Assembly: GCA_000166095.1 (NCBI GenBank)
Contig: CP002278.1
Coordinates: forward strand, 918,717 to 982,716
Direction: 5' to 3'
DNA length: 64,000 nucleotides
DNA from: Methanothermus fervidus DSM 2088
GTDB lineage: Archaea > Methanobacteriota > Methanobacteria > DSM-2088 > Methanothermaceae
Made by a program: the position numbers and the translations under genes. The notes beneath the pieces were generated by a model. That model was not told the DNA's origin. It saw only the letters and a program-made list of their open reading frames with translations, and made no database searches. The first letter of the stretch is position 1. Each line of letters begins with the position of its first letter. Positions 42,892 to 53,160 of the stretch are shown one piece after another.

Positions 42892-43739
42892 TCATAATAT
42901 CATCATTACTCCATGAAACAAAATATATCTTAAAAAAATACAACATCTCTTTGAGTCGAAGATTGGGACAGAATTTTTTGATTAATGAATATATAAGGAA
43001 TAAAATAATTAATTATGCAAATTTAAACAAGAAAGATACAGTGTTAGAAATTGGTCCGGGGATAGGAACTCTTACAATTCCAATGGCTAAATATGCAAAA
43101 AAAGTGATAGCAATAGAAAAAGATTGTAAGATGGTTGAAATACTGAAAGACAGAATTCATGATCTTAAAATTGATAACATAGAAATTATTAATGCAGATG
43201 CTCTTAAAATTAAATTCCCAAAGTTTAACAAAGTAGTTTCTAATTTACCATACACCATCTCCTCTCCAATAACATTTAAGTTATTAAATTATGATTTTAA
43301 TTTAGGAGTTTTAATGTATCAAAAAGAATTTGCACAACGTCTCATTGCTAAACCAGGTACTTCCAATTATTCAAGATTGTCAGTCATGATGTATTTTAAG
43401 GCAAATGTAGAATTATTAGATATTATACCACCAAAATCGTTTATTCCAAGACCTAAAGTAAAATCAGCGATTGTTAAGATAATCCCAAAGAAGAAATTTA
43501 AAATTAATAGATTTTTTGAAAATGTGTGTCGGGCATTATTTCAGCATAAAAGGAAAAAATCAAAAAAAGCATTGATTGAATCATCACATGAACTTAACAT
43601 GAATAAATCAAAATTAAAACAAATTTTGGAAAGATTAGACCCAAAGTTAGCAGAAAAAAGAGTATTTAAATTAACACCAAATGAAATTCTCAAAATATCA
43701 AAATTTATTGAGGAACATGATAAAGTACAAAAACCTTAA
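42888..43739 (+). CDS. ksgA: 16S rRNA (adenine1518/1519-N6)-dimethyltransferase KsgA/RsmA
   Basis: LGQNFLIN motif, SAM-binding EIGPGIG, NLPY catalytic motif. Confidence 0.85.
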   Translation: MIIISSLLHETKYILKKYNISLSRRLGQNFLINEYIRNKIINYANLNKKDTVLEIGPGIGTLTIPMAKYAKKVIAIEKDCKMVEILKDRIHDLKIDNIEIINADALKIKFPKFNKVVSNLPYTISSPITFKLLNYDFNLGVLMYQKEFAQRLIAKPGTSNYSRLSVMMYFKANVELLDIIPPKSFIPRPKVKSAIVKIIPKKKFKINRFFENVCRALFQHKRKKSKKALIESSHELNMNKSKLKQILERLDPKLAEKRVFKLTPNEILKISKFIEEHDKVQKP

Positions 43740-44304
43740 ATTTAAAACATGTCCAAAAGTTTATGAACCTTCAGATGACACATTTTTGTTACTTAAAAAT
43801 TTAAAAATATGTAAAGATGATAAAGTATTGGAAATAGGTACGGGAATAGGTATAATAGCTATATTTGCATCACAGATAGCTAGAGAAGTTGTTGCAACCG
43901 ATATAAATCCCTATGCTATTCAATGTGCTAAAAAAAATGCGCAAATAAATTCTGTAAAAAACATTAAATTTCTTGAAGGAAATCTTTTTGAACCCATAAA
44001 TGAAAAGTTCAATACAATTTTATTTAATCCTCCTTATTTACCAACAGAAGATTTTAAAGAATTAAAGGATGAGTTATGCTTAGCATGGGATGGAGGAAGC
44101 AATGGAAGAAAAATCATTGATAGATTTTTAAAAGAAGTAGACAAATATTTAAAACCTGATGGGAAAATTCAATTAGTCCAATCATCTCTTTCAAATCCAA
44201 ATAAAACAATTGATATACTGGAAAGAAAAGGATTTGAAGTTGAAATAACTGCATCAAAGAAATTATTCTTTGAAGAATTGTTGGTAATAACTGCATTTAA
44301 GTGA
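43681..44304 (+). CDS. HemK/Mtq2-like N5-glutamine protein methyltransferase
   Basis: SAM motif EIGTGIG and NPPY motif; start within overlap with ksgA uncertain. Confidence 0.7.
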   Translation: MKFSKYQNLLRNMIKYKNLKFKTCPKVYEPSDDTFLLLKNLKICKDDKVLEIGTGIGIIAIFASQIAREVVATDINPYAIQCAKKNAQINSVKNIKFLEGNLFEPINEKFNTILFNPPYLPTEDFKELKDELCLAWDGGSNGRKIIDRFLKEVDKYLKPDGKIQLVQSSLSNPNKTIDILERKGFEVEITASKKLFFEELLVITAFK

Positions 44305-44879
44305 TTGAAATGTTAGAGAAACTAAAATCTACCTTAGAAAAATCTCCTGTAATAAAAAAAGGAGAATATCATTATTTTGTGAGTCCTGTAACTGATGGAA
44401 TACCCCTAACAGAGCCCAATCTACTGATGGAGATCGTAGATGCAATAGAAAAGAAATTTGATTTGGAAGATATAGATAAAATAGTATGCATTGAAGCAAT
44501 GGGGATACATTTAGCAACAGCATTGTCAATAAAAACAGGGATACCTTTTGTAGTAATCAGGAAAAAGAAATATGGACTTCCCGGAGAAGTAGAAATACGA
44601 CAAGTTACAGGATATGGAGAATCAAATCTATATGTAAATGGTGTTAATTCTGGAGACAAAATTTTAGTGATTGATGATGTTGTAAGTACTGGAGGAACAT
44701 TGATTTCTGTTATAAATGCATTGAAAAAAATTAGTGCAGATATAAAATATGTCATAGCTGTTGTAGAAAAAGGTGAAGGAAGAAAAAAGGTAGAAAAAGA
44801 AACTGGAACTAAAGTTAATACCCTTGTTAAAGTTGATGTAATAGATGGTGAGGTGAAAATTATAAACAATGAAGTATGA
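44301..44879 (+). CDS. hpt: purine (hypoxanthine/guanine-type) phosphoribosyltransferase, archaeal form
   Basis: type-I PRTase PRPP motif ILVIDDVVSTGGT. Confidence 0.65.
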   Translation: MIEMLEKLKSTLEKSPVIKKGEYHYFVSPVTDGIPLTEPNLLMEIVDAIEKKFDLEDIDKIVCIEAMGIHLATALSIKTGIPFVVIRKKKYGLPGEVEIRQVTGYGESNLYVNGVNSGDKILVIDDVVSTGGTLISVINALKKISADIKYVIAVVEKGEGRKKVEKETGTKVNTLVKVDVIDGEVKIINNEV

Positions 44880-45882
44880 TTTTAAGTTAAATAAGGTAAT
44901 TAAAAAAATAAAAGAAAAAAATGCAAAAAATGTAGTTTTACAATTTCCAGAAGGTCTTAGGCCAAAGGCAATTGACATAGCTAAAAAAATAGAGTCTAAA
45001 ACCAATGTAAATGTAATTATTTCGGCAGATTCATGTTATGGTGCATGTGATGTCGCAGATAAAAAATATTATGGAATTGTTGATTTAATAGTACATTATG
45101 GTCATACACCATTGCCTATTAAAACAAAGGTTCCAACAATTTTTGTTGAAGCTTTCTCTACTTTAGATTTTAAAGACATTAAAAATCTTTTAAAACAAGC
45201 CATAGATTATATTGGGAAAGACAAGAAAATTGGATTAGTTTCAGTTGCACAACATCTTCCATTACTTAAAAAAATTAAAAAATATCTAGAAAAAAAAGGT
45301 AAAGAAGTTGTAATGAAAAAAGGAATTGGGACAAAACCTGGGCAAGTTTTGGGATGTAATTTTTCTTCGGTTAAAAATTTAGATGTTGATACTTATTTGT
45401 TTATTGGTGGTGGAAACTTTCATGCACTAGGAATAAAATTAGCAACAAAGAAACCAGTAGTTATTGTAGATCCATACGAAGGTGAAGTAAGAAACATAGA
45501 AAGGTTCGCAAAAAAAATTATGAAAATAAGATTTGCTAAAATAATAAAAGCTCAAAAAGCAAAAACTTGGGGAATATTGATGTCATCAAAACCAGGCCAA
45601 CTTAGACAAGAATTAGCATTAAAACTAAAAAATAAATTAAAAGCTCATGGCAAAAAATCATTTCTCATAATTTTAGATAACATAGTCCCCGAATTTTTAC
45701 AATCTTTTACAGGTATAGATGCTTTTGTTTCTACTGCTTGCCCTCGTATTGCTATTGATGATTCTTATCTTTTTAAAAAACCCGTATTAACACCTAAGGA
45801 ACTAGAAATTGTATTAGGTGAGAGAAGTTGGGAAGAATATGAATTAGACGAAATAATTTGGGAGGAAGGGAATGAAAACTAA
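44869..45882 (+). CDS. dph2: 2-(3-amino-3-carboxypropyl)histidine synthase (diphthamide biosynthesis) Dph2
   Basis: LQFPEGL N-terminus, three conserved Cys-containing segments (CYGACD, GCN, ACPRI). Confidence 0.8.
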   Translation: MKYDFKLNKVIKKIKEKNAKNVVLQFPEGLRPKAIDIAKKIESKTNVNVIISADSCYGACDVADKKYYGIVDLIVHYGHTPLPIKTKVPTIFVEAFSTLDFKDIKNLLKQAIDYIGKDKKIGLVSVAQHLPLLKKIKKYLEKKGKEVVMKKGIGTKPGQVLGCNFSSVKNLDVDTYLFIGGGNFHALGIKLATKKPVVIVDPYEGEVRNIERFAKKIMKIRFAKIIKAQKAKTWGILMSSKPGQLRQELALKLKNKLKAHGKKSFLIILDNIVPEFLQSFTGIDAFVSTACPRIAIDDSYLFKKPVLTPKELEIVLGERSWEEYELDEIIWEEGNEN

Positions 45883-46471
45883 AGTAAAAAGTGGAGATTT
45901 AGTACTTCCAGGAGATACATTAGGTATAAGCGAAGAATTTATTCCTCTCCACAATACTTATGAAGAGAATGGTAAAATAAAATCTTTAATTGTAGGGCGA
46001 GTATTAAAGGATTATAGAAATAAGACTATTTCTGTGATGCCATGCTTAGAATTACCTCCTATTTTAAAGAAAAATACACATGTAATTGGTGAAGTAATTG
46101 ATATTAAAGAAGAGAAGATAGCATTAGTTAGACTTCTGGGTGTCAAAGGGCTTAAAAGACCTATTTTTACTAATTTGATCGCTGGAATTTATCTTCCAAA
46201 TGTTCAAAGAGCTTATTTAAATAAAATGAGTGATGCATTCCATATTGGCGACATTGTGGAAGCTAAAATTCATGAAATGTTAGGGTTAAGTTATATATCT
46301 TTAAGAACAGTTGAAAAAGATTTAGGAGTGATAAGAGCTCTCTGTACTAAATGTAGAAATCCTATGGCAAAGATTGGAAGAAATCTTGTAAAATGTACGA
46401 ATTGTGGGAATATAGAGAAAAGAAAACTTTCTATCAACTATATCATAAAGGGGGAGAAAAATGAAAATTAA
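45872..46471 (+). CDS. csl4: exosome complex RNA-binding protein Csl4
   Basis: S1-like domain plus C-terminal zinc ribbon CTKCRN...CTNCG; conserved dph2-csl4-rpoL array. Confidence 0.75.
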   Translation: MKTKVKSGDLVLPGDTLGISEEFIPLHNTYEENGKIKSLIVGRVLKDYRNKTISVMPCLELPPILKKNTHVIGEVIDIKEEKIALVRLLGVKGLKRPIFTNLIAGIYLPNVQRAYLNKMSDAFHIGDIVEAKIHEMLGLSYISLRTVEKDLGVIRALCTKCRNPMAKIGRNLVKCTNCGNIEKRKLSINYIIKGEKNEN

Positions 46472-46721
46472 AATAACTAAAGAAACAAAAAACGAATTAG
46501 AGATTATACTGAAAGGTGAAAACCATACTTTCTGTAATTTATTAAGAAAAAAGCTTTTGGAAGATAAAGATGTGGAAGTCGCTGCATATACAATAGATCA
46601 TCCAATTGTTGGAGAACCAAGATTATATGTTAGAGGAAAAAATCCAAAACAATCTTTGTTAAAAGCTGCTAAAAATATAAAAGAAAACTTCAATGAATTT
46701 AAAAAAATTTTAGAGTCATGA
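46461..46721 (+). CDS. rpoL: DNA-directed RNA polymerase subunit L (Rpo11)
   Basis: 86 aa; HTFCNLLRKKL...AAYTIDHP motif. Confidence 0.8.
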   Translation: MKIKITKETKNELEIILKGENHTFCNLLRKKLLEDKDVEVAAYTIDHPIVGEPRLYVRGKNPKQSLLKAAKNIKENFNEFKKILES

Positions 46722-47311
46722 TAAAAAAATTTAGAAGAATTAAAGAAGAAATAAGGATTTTAGGAATAGATGATGCCCCTTTTAAACCTTTTAAAAAAAG
46801 CCAGGTGTTAGTTGTTGGCACTATTTTTCGTGGAAATAAGGCATTAGATGGTGTTCTAAGTACTCATGTTGAAGTTGATGGAGAAGATGCTACAAAAAAA
46901 CTTGTTGAGATGATCAACAACACCAGACATAAAGATCAGTTAGGTGTTGTAATGCTTGATGGCATTACATTTGCAGGATTTAATATTGTAGATATAGAGA
47001 AGTTATTTAATAAAACAAAAATACCAGTTATAGTGATTATCAAAAAATTTCCAAATAGAAATAAAATTAAAGAAGCATTAAAAAAGCATTTTAAGGATTG
47101 GAAAGAAAGATGGAAAAAGGTTCTTAATGCAGGTAAAATCTATAAAGTAGAAAATTTAGACTTATATATTCAAATAAAAGGTTTAAAATTGAAGGACGCA
47201 ATAAAAATTGTTAAATTGAGTATAAAATATGGAATTACACCTGAACCTATCCGTGTAGCTCATCTAATAGCATCTGGGATTGAAAAGGGTGAATCTCGTG
47301 GCAAAGTATAA
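46718..47311 (+). CDS. UPF0215/DUF99 family protein (endonuclease V-like fold)
   Basis: ILGIDDAPF N-terminal motif, size ~197 aa. Confidence 0.55.
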   Translation: MIKKFRRIKEEIRILGIDDAPFKPFKKSQVLVVGTIFRGNKALDGVLSTHVEVDGEDATKKLVEMINNTRHKDQLGVVMLDGITFAGFNIVDIEKLFNKTKIPVIVIIKKFPNRNKIKEALKKHFKDWKERWKKVLNAGKIYKVENLDLYIQIKGLKLKDAIKIVKLSIKYGITPEPIRVAHLIASGIEKGESRGKV

Positions 47312-47726
47312 AAGTCCAAAACTTACTGTCGATATTATAATAATGGATTCTAAGGGTAAAATTGTTTTAATAAAAAGAAAAAAAGATCCTTATAAGAACT
47401 TTTGGGCATTGCCTGGTGGATTTGTAGAATATGGTGAAAAGGTTGAAGAAGCTGCAATTAGGGAAGCTAAAGAAGAAACAGGACTCAATATAAAACTAAA
47501 AAAATTGGTTGGAGTATATTCAGATCCTAATAGAGATCCGCGCGGCCATGTTGTAAGTATATGTTATCTTGCTTCCCCAGTTTCTGGAAAACTTAAAGCA
47601 AAAACAGATGCCAAAGACGTTTCATTATTTAATATAGAAGAAATCGATAATATCAAATTAGCATTTGATCATGCTAAAATGATAAAAGATGCTCTTGAAT
47701 TACTTGAACATGAAAATTTATATTAA
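47280..47726 (+). CDS. NUDIX hydrolase
   Basis: Nudix box GGFVEYGEKVEEAAIREAKEETGL. Confidence 0.85.
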   Translation: MKRVNLVAKYKSPKLTVDIIIMDSKGKIVLIKRKKDPYKNFWALPGGFVEYGEKVEEAAIREAKEETGLNIKLKKLVGVYSDPNRDPRGHVVSICYLASPVSGKLKAKTDAKDVSLFNIEEIDNIKLAFDHAKMIKDALELLEHENLY

Positions 47727-47770
47727 CAACAAAGGATAGCAAATTAAGTAAGAAAAATTGGAGGTTGAAA

Positions 47771-48088
47771 ATGGAATTTTGTCCTAAATGTAAAGCATTG
47801 ATGGTTTCCAAAAACGGTGTATTGAAATGTACAAGATGTGGATACGAAAAAAAATTAGACAAAAATGTAATTAACACGTATAAAACTACGGAAAAAGTTG
47901 GAAAAAGAGAAGCCGTGATTTTCACGAAGTCTGAAGTAAAAACCATGCCTACAGTTAAAAAAGAATGTCCTAAATGTGGTAACAATGAAGCCTATTGGTG
48001 GTTACAACAAACAAGGAGAGCTGACGAATCAGAAACAAGATTCTTTAGATGTACAAAATGTAAATATACATGGCGTGAATATGATTAG
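47771..48088 (+). CDS. tfs: transcription factor S (TFIIS-like cleavage factor)
   Basis: N-terminal zinc ribbon CPKC...CTRCG; C-terminal CPKCG...RADE...CTKC with acidic hairpin; ATG 47771 after GGAGGT. Confidence 0.85.
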   Translation: MEFCPKCKALMVSKNGVLKCTRCGYEKKLDKNVINTYKTTEKVGKREAVIFTKSEVKTMPTVKKECPKCGNNEAYWWLQQTRRADESETRFFRCTKCKYTWREYD

Positions 48089-48105
48089 TAATTAGTGGTG
48101 TAATT

Positions 48106-48399
48106 ATGAAAAAGATATTACATGAAAAAATATCTAAATTTAAAAAAAATAAAGGAAAAATTGTGAAATTGACATGTCTTATAATTGGATCCTCGTTAGT
48201 CATCTTTGGCTCTTTAAATTTACTTACTCCCACCGAAAGGTTTGTAGATAATATAGTTGTTAGTGAAAAGTCTATAATGACAGCATTTTTAATTTTAACA
48301 GGATTGGTGATAGGAACTGGTGCAGTAGCAGATGATATCAGTAAAAAATTATTTAAAGACTTCCATAGGAAAGTCTCCAGTTTAGAGGAGGAAGATTAA
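48106..48399 (+). CDS. small membrane protein (2 TM)
   Basis: 97 aa hydrophobic ORF between tfs and pcna. Confidence 0.35.
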   Translation: MKKILHEKISKFKKNKGKIVKLTCLIIGSSLVIFGSLNLLTPTERFVDNIVVSEKSIMTAFLILTGLVIGTGAVADDISKKLFKDFHRKVSSLEEED

Positions 48400-49131
48400 A
48401 TGCTTAAAGCAAGATTATCTGATCCAGACATTTTAAAAAGTAGTTTTGATGCTATAAGTGGTATCATAGATGAAGTTCAAATGATAGCAAAGGAAGATGG
48501 TATATATATGGATGCAATAGATCGTAGCCACATAACCTTTGTGCATTTAGAATTAAAGAATGAATTATTTGATGAATATAGTGTTGATGGTGAAGAAAAA
48601 ATAAATATAGATACTGAAGAGTTAGTAAAAGTATTAAAGAGAGTAAGAAGTACAGAAATAATAACATTGGAAACTGATGAGAACAATCTCATTATTTCAA
48701 TTGAAAATGATGCAAAAAGATCATTTAGGATTAGATTGATAGATATAAGTTATGAAAAACCTAAAACTCCAAAACTAGATTTGCCTGTTTCTGTAGAAGT
48801 TCCAGTTGATGTTTTAAGAGATGCTATCAGAGATTTAGAAATGTTTAATGACAAAATAGTTTTTGAAGTAGATGAGAACAAACTCTTGATTACAGGAGAA
48901 AGTGAATTTGGAGATGTAAAAATTGAATATCCACATGCAGAAGAAGTAGATTCTAAGGTTAGAAGTGTATATAGTTTAGAAAAAGTTAAAGAAATGTTAA
49001 AAGCTTATAAATTTAGTGATAGAGTTATTGTTTCTCTCGGAAACGATACACCTCTCGATCTTACATTTGAACTTCCTGAAGGAGAAGGTAGATTAACTTT
49101 TCTACTAGCTCCTAGATTGGAGGCTGAATAA
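48400..49131 (+). CDS. pcn: DNA polymerase sliding clamp PCNA
   Basis: 243 aa; archaeal PCNA N-terminus MLKARLSDPDILKSSFDAISGIIDE; acidic C-terminus. Confidence 0.85.
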   Translation: MLKARLSDPDILKSSFDAISGIIDEVQMIAKEDGIYMDAIDRSHITFVHLELKNELFDEYSVDGEEKINIDTEELVKVLKRVRSTEIITLETDENNLIISIENDAKRSFRIRLIDISYEKPKTPKLDLPVSVEVPVDVLRDAIRDLEMFNDKIVFEVDENKLLITGESEFGDVKIEYPHAEEVDSKVRSVYSLEKVKEMLKAYKFSDRVIVSLGNDTPLDLTFELPEGEGRLTFLLAPRLEAE

Positions 49132-49160
49132 TAATTTGATTTTTAATTTATTGTGGTGAA

Positions 49161-49709
49161 ATGGATCTACGTAAATTCTTTAAAAAACTTCGGGAAATAC
49201 ATAGAAACGAAAGGATAAGTAGTAAATTAACAAAAATTGATAAAAATTTTTATAAAAAAACAAACAAATATTTAAAGGAGCTTAAAAATTCTATAAAAGA
49301 TGATCCATTTTCAAGGCAAGAATTATTTTTCCAATCAAAAAGGATTATTACAGAAATATGTGAAAGAAGAGAACGCAAAATTGTTAATAAATTATTGACA
49401 AATTTTCAAAAAAATTATGATATTGTAGAAGGTAGTAAAAAAACTATTGATTCGGCACCAAAAAATTTAACTCCTGAGGAAAAAGAACTTTATTTCTCTC
49501 TACTAGAAGTATTAAAAAAATACAGAGAAAAAATACATAGAACTAAGCCTATTAAGAATTACAAAACCATAATTATATTAGATAACATACCTTCTATTGT
49601 AGGCATAGATAAAAAAATATATGGTCCATTTAGAGAACAAGATGTCGTAGTCTTACCAAAGCTTAATGCAAGAATATTCCTTAAATATAAGAAAGGTAAA
49701 AGAATATGA
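49161..49709 (+). CDS. putative GINS complex subunit Gins51 (alternative: hypothetical protein)
   Basis: 182 aa; helical N-terminal A-domain-like region, beta-rich C-terminal region ([19 protein letters not shown]); immediately downstream of pcna as in several euryarchaea; assignment by pattern and context only. Confidence 0.4.
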   Translation: MDLRKFFKKLREIHRNERISSKLTKIDKNFYKKTNKYLKELKNSIKDDPFSRQELFFQSKRIITEICERRERKIVNKLLTNFQKNYDIVEGSKKTIDSAPKNLTPEEKELYFSLLEVLKKYREKIHRTKPIKNYKTIIILDNIPSIVGIDKKIYGPFREQDVVVLPKLNARIFLKYKKGKRI

Positions 49710-49719
49710 GGTGAAGAAA

Positions 49720-49995
49720 ATGAAAATACCTAAGGAAGTGAGAAGATATTGCCCATATTGCAGAAAACATACGACACATGAGGTATTTGAATCAAAAAGA
49801 AGGAAAGCTAGTGAACTAAAGTGGGGACAAAGACAGTTTAGAAGAGTGACAGCAGGTTATCGTGGTTATCCACGTCCATTACCTTCAGGAAGTAAACCAA
49901 CAAAAAAAGTTGACTTAAGATTTAGATGTAAAGAATGCGGTAAAGCCCATAGTAAAAGAAAGACATTTAGAGCTGGTAGAATAGAATTTGTATGA
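49720..49995 (+). CDS. rpl44e: 50S ribosomal protein L44e
   Basis: [11 protein letters not shown]...CKECGK zinc ribbon; ATG after GAGGTGA. Confidence 0.85.
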   Translation: MKIPKEVRRYCPYCRKHTTHEVFESKRRKASELKWGQRQFRRVTAGYRGYPRPLPSGSKPTKKVDLRFRCKECGKAHSKRKTFRAGRIEFV

Positions 49996-50006
49996 GGGGG
50001 TTTTAG

Positions 50007-50180
50007 ATGCGCCCCCAAAGCAGATTTATAAAAATAAAATGTTTAGATTGTGGAAACCAACAAATAACATTTGATAGGGCTTCCTCAGTGGTTCGATGCT
50101 TAGTGTGTGGTAAAGTGCTGGTTAAACCACAAGGAGGCAAGGCAAAAATATTAGCAAAAGTTATAGAGACTGTGGATTAG
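50007..50180 (+). CDS. rps27e: 30S ribosomal protein S27e
   Basis: 57-aa ORF not in supplied track: MRPQSRFIKIKCLDCGNQQITFDRASSVVRCLVCGKVLVKPQGGKAKI (C4 zinc finger). Confidence 0.8.
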   Translation: MRPQSRFIKIKCLDCGNQQITFDRASSVVRCLVCGKVLVKPQGGKAKILAKVIETVD

Positions 50181-50191
50181 TGGTGTAGAAT

Positions 50192-50965
50192 ATGGCTTTA
50201 AAAGAATGGCCAGAAGAAGGCGAATTAGTAGTTGCTACAGTAAAAAAAGTTAGAGATTATGGTGCATTTGTAAGATTAGAAGAATATAAAGGTAAAGAAG
50301 GATTTATACATATCTCAGAAGTTTCATCTGGTTGGGTAAAAAATATTAGGGATTTTGTAAAAGAAAATCAAAAAATCGTTGCAAGAGTTGTAAGAGTTAA
50401 CCCTGTAAAAGGACAAGTAGATTTATCATTGAAAGGTATAAGAGAGGATCAAAAAAGGAAAAAAATCCAACAATGGAGAATAGAACAAAAAGCTGAAAAG
50501 TTTTTAGAGTTAGCAGCAAAAAGTTTAAATAAAGATCTTGAAACAGCCTATAAAGAACTTGGCAAAATAGTTGTGGAAAATTTTGGAGATCTTTATGCAG
50601 TATTTGAAGTAGCAGCAGATGAGGGAGAAAAAGCATTAATAGATGTGGGTATTCCAAAAGATTGGGCAAAGGCAATTACAGAAGTCGCTGTAAAAAACAT
50701 TAAGCCATCTAAAGTAAAAATAACAGGCTATGTAGATCTTATCTCCTATGCTCCAAATGGTGTAGAAATAATAAGAGATGCACTGAAGAAAATTGAAGAT
50801 AAAGACATAGAAATTCAAGTTGTTGGAGCACCAAGATATAGAATAACAGTTACTTCCAAAGATTATCCTTCCGCTGAAAAGAAACTTAGAAAAGCTGCTG
50901 AGAAATGCATATCATTTGTCGAAAAATTTGGTGGAAAAGGAGAATTTCATCGTGAAGTAACATGA
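50192..50965 (+). CDS. eif2a: translation initiation factor 2 alpha subunit (aIF2-alpha)
   Basis: N-terminal S1 domain [18 protein letters not shown]; 257 aa. Confidence 0.85.
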   Translation: MALKEWPEEGELVVATVKKVRDYGAFVRLEEYKGKEGFIHISEVSSGWVKNIRDFVKENQKIVARVVRVNPVKGQVDLSLKGIREDQKRKKIQQWRIEQKAEKFLELAAKSLNKDLETAYKELGKIVVENFGDLYAVFEVAADEGEKALIDVGIPKDWAKAITEVAVKNIKPSKVKITGYVDLISYAPNGVEIIRDALKKIEDKDIEIQVVGAPRYRITVTSKDYPSAEKKLRKAAEKCISFVEKFGGKGEFHREVT

Positions 50966-51135
50966 AAATGAAAAAATGTAAAGTATGTGGTGAATATACA
51001 TTAAAAGATAAGTGTCCTTATTGTGGAGGGGAAGTAAGGATTCCTCGCCCAGCCCGATTTTCCCCAGAAGATAAATATGGGAAGTACCGGCGTATATTAA
51101 AAAAACAAACTATCCTTAGGGGAGAAAAAACATGA
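50962..51135 (+). CDS. nop10: H/ACA ribonucleoprotein subunit Nop10
   Basis: 57-aa ORF not in track: [18 protein letters not shown] zinc ribbon followed by [14 protein letters not shown]; ATGA overlaps with flanking genes. Confidence 0.8.
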   Translation: MKMKKCKVCGEYTLKDKCPYCGGEVRIPRPARFSPEDKYGKYRRILKKQTILRGEKT

Positions 51136-51902
51136 AAAATACATTTATAAAGGTCTTAAAAGAAATTGAGCTAGAAAAACCAATATTTATAGAGGCATTG
51201 CCTGGTATAGGGCATGTAGGTAAACTAGCTGCAGACCATATAATACATGAATTAAATGCTGAAAAATTTGCAGAACTTTATTCACCATCTTTTCCACCAC
51301 AAGTATTGGTCAAAAAAGATGGAACTATAGAAATGATGAAAAATGAATTTTACTATCTAAAAAATATTGGAGAAAATGAGGATGATTACATTATATTAGT
51401 TGGAAATACACAAGGATTATCTCCAGAAGGACAATATGAAATTTGTAGTAATGTTATAGATTTCATTGAAAAATTTGATGTGAAAATGATATATACATTA
51501 GGAGGATTAGCTACAGGACAAACTGTTGAAAAACCAAGAGTTTTCGGAGCAGTTACAAATAAAAAACTTGCAGAAAAATTAAAAAAGCATGATGTAATAA
51601 TAAGATCAGAAGGTGGAATAGTTGGTGCATCTGGACTACTTCTTGCATTAGGTCAGATGAAAGGAATTGAAGGAGCATGTTTGATGGGTGAAACTCCTGG
51701 ATATTATGTAGATGCAGAAGCTGCAAAAGCATTGCTTGAAAGATTGATGGACATTCTTGGAATTTCAGTAGATACTTCTAAACTTGAAGAAAGAGCTAAG
51801 AAAATTAGGAAAGTATTACATAAGGCTAAACGCCTGGAAGAAGAAATGTTAGAACGTATGAAACCTAAAGCTGGTGACGAAGACTTAAGATACATCGGAT
51901 AA
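51132..51902 (+). CDS. PAC2-family protein (proteasome assembly chaperone homolog, PbaA/B-like)
   Basis: [17 protein letters not shown] motif; conserved position after nop10. Confidence 0.6.
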   Translation: MKNTFIKVLKEIELEKPIFIEALPGIGHVGKLAADHIIHELNAEKFAELYSPSFPPQVLVKKDGTIEMMKNEFYYLKNIGENEDDYIILVGNTQGLSPEGQYEICSNVIDFIEKFDVKMIYTLGGLATGQTVEKPRVFGAVTNKKLAEKLKKHDVIIRSEGGIVGASGLLLALGQMKGIEGACLMGETPGYYVDAEAAKALLERLMDILGISVDTSKLEERAKKIRKVLHKAKRLEEEMLERMKPKAGDEDLRYIG

Positions 51903-51904
51903 AT

Positions 51905-53068
51905 ATGATTGTTAATGTGGATTTACACATACATAGCTGTTTTTCTCAAGCTGCTTCAAAACACATGGTAATACCTAAAATTGCAACTTGTGCTAAATCT
52001 AAAGGTTTAGATATTGTTGGCACTGGTGATGCATTACATCCACGTTGGTTAAAAATGATAAAAGAAAATACTGAATGTATAGATGAAGGTATATATAGAT
52101 ATGATGAATGTAATTTTGCAATTACAGTAGAAATTGAAGATATGAAAAAAGTACATCATCTTGCAATACTACCATCTATTGAAACAGCTGAAGATATTAT
52201 TGAAGAGATATCTTCTGATAATTTAATGAAGAATGGAAGGCCACATCTTTCATTAAATGGAGCAGAAATAATGGATCTCATTCATGACCATGATGGCATT
52301 ATAGGACCTGCTCATGCTTTTACACCTTGGACAAGCCTATATAAGACATATTATAGTTATAAAGAATGTTATGGAAAAAAACCTGATTTTTTAGAGCTTG
52401 GATTATCAGCAGATACAAATATGGCAGATAGAATTGAAGAATTGCAAGACATTGTATTTTTAACAAACTCTGATGCACATTCTCCTTGGCCACATAGGTT
52501 AGGTCGAGAATTTAATAGATTAAAATTGGATGATTTTTCATATACATCCTTAAAAAAATCTATAAAAAAGAAAAAAATAGAAGCTAATTATGGTATGGAT
52601 CCGAGATTAGGAAAATATCATTTAACAGCATGTTCTCGTTGTCATAAAGTTTTCGATTATGAAACAGCTGTTAAATTGAAAATGAGATGTATATGTGGTG
52701 GAATAATAAAGAAAGGTGTTGATTACCGTATTTCTGAAATTGCAACATGGGAAAAACCCCATCATCCACCACACAGACCTCCTTACATCTACATATTGCC
52801 TCTCACCGAAATAATAAGTAAAAGATATGGAAAAGGAATTAATACTAAATTCGTGTGGAATAAATGGAAAGAATTTATTGATAATTTTGGAAATGAAATA
52901 AAAGTTTTACTTGAAGAACCTATATATGAATTAGAAAAGGTAGATAGAAAAGTCGCACTAGGAATTAAGGCCTTTAGAAACAACGAATTAATTATAACCC
53001 CTGGTGGTGGAGGAAAGTACGGAGAAATACAATTTCCAGGAAATACATTAGATGCCTACATCAAATAA
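51905..53068 (+). CDS. PHP-domain/zinc-ribbon protein, endonuclease Q-like
   Basis: N-terminal DLHIHSCFSQAAS PHP motif; CSRCHKV...CICGG zinc-ribbon; ~387 aa. Confidence 0.5.
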   Translation: MIVNVDLHIHSCFSQAASKHMVIPKIATCAKSKGLDIVGTGDALHPRWLKMIKENTECIDEGIYRYDECNFAITVEIEDMKKVHHLAILPSIETAEDIIEEISSDNLMKNGRPHLSLNGAEIMDLIHDHDGIIGPAHAFTPWTSLYKTYYSYKECYGKKPDFLELGLSADTNMADRIEELQDIVFLTNSDAHSPWPHRLGREFNRLKLDDFSYTSLKKSIKKKKIEANYGMDPRLGKYHLTACSRCHKVFDYETAVKLKMRCICGGIIKKGVDYRISEIATWEKPHHPPHRPPYIYILPLTEIISKRYGKGINTKFVWNKWKEFIDNFGNEIKVLLEEPIYELEKVDRKVALGIKAFRNNELIITPGGGGKYGEIQFPGNTLDAYIK

Positions 53069-53073
53069 GATTA

Positions 53074-53148
53074 CGGACCCGGCGGGATTTGAACCCGCGA
53101 CCTTCGGATTAGGAGTCCGACGCCCTATCCAGGCTAGGCTACGGGCCC
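53074..53148 (-). tRNA. tRNA-Arg (anticodon CCT)
   Basis: 75-nt cloverleaf on minus strand; anticodon loop CTCCTAA; acceptor, variable and T arms identical to the Arg-TCG gene at 22851. Confidence 0.8.
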
Positions 53149-53160
53149 ATCTACAATTTT

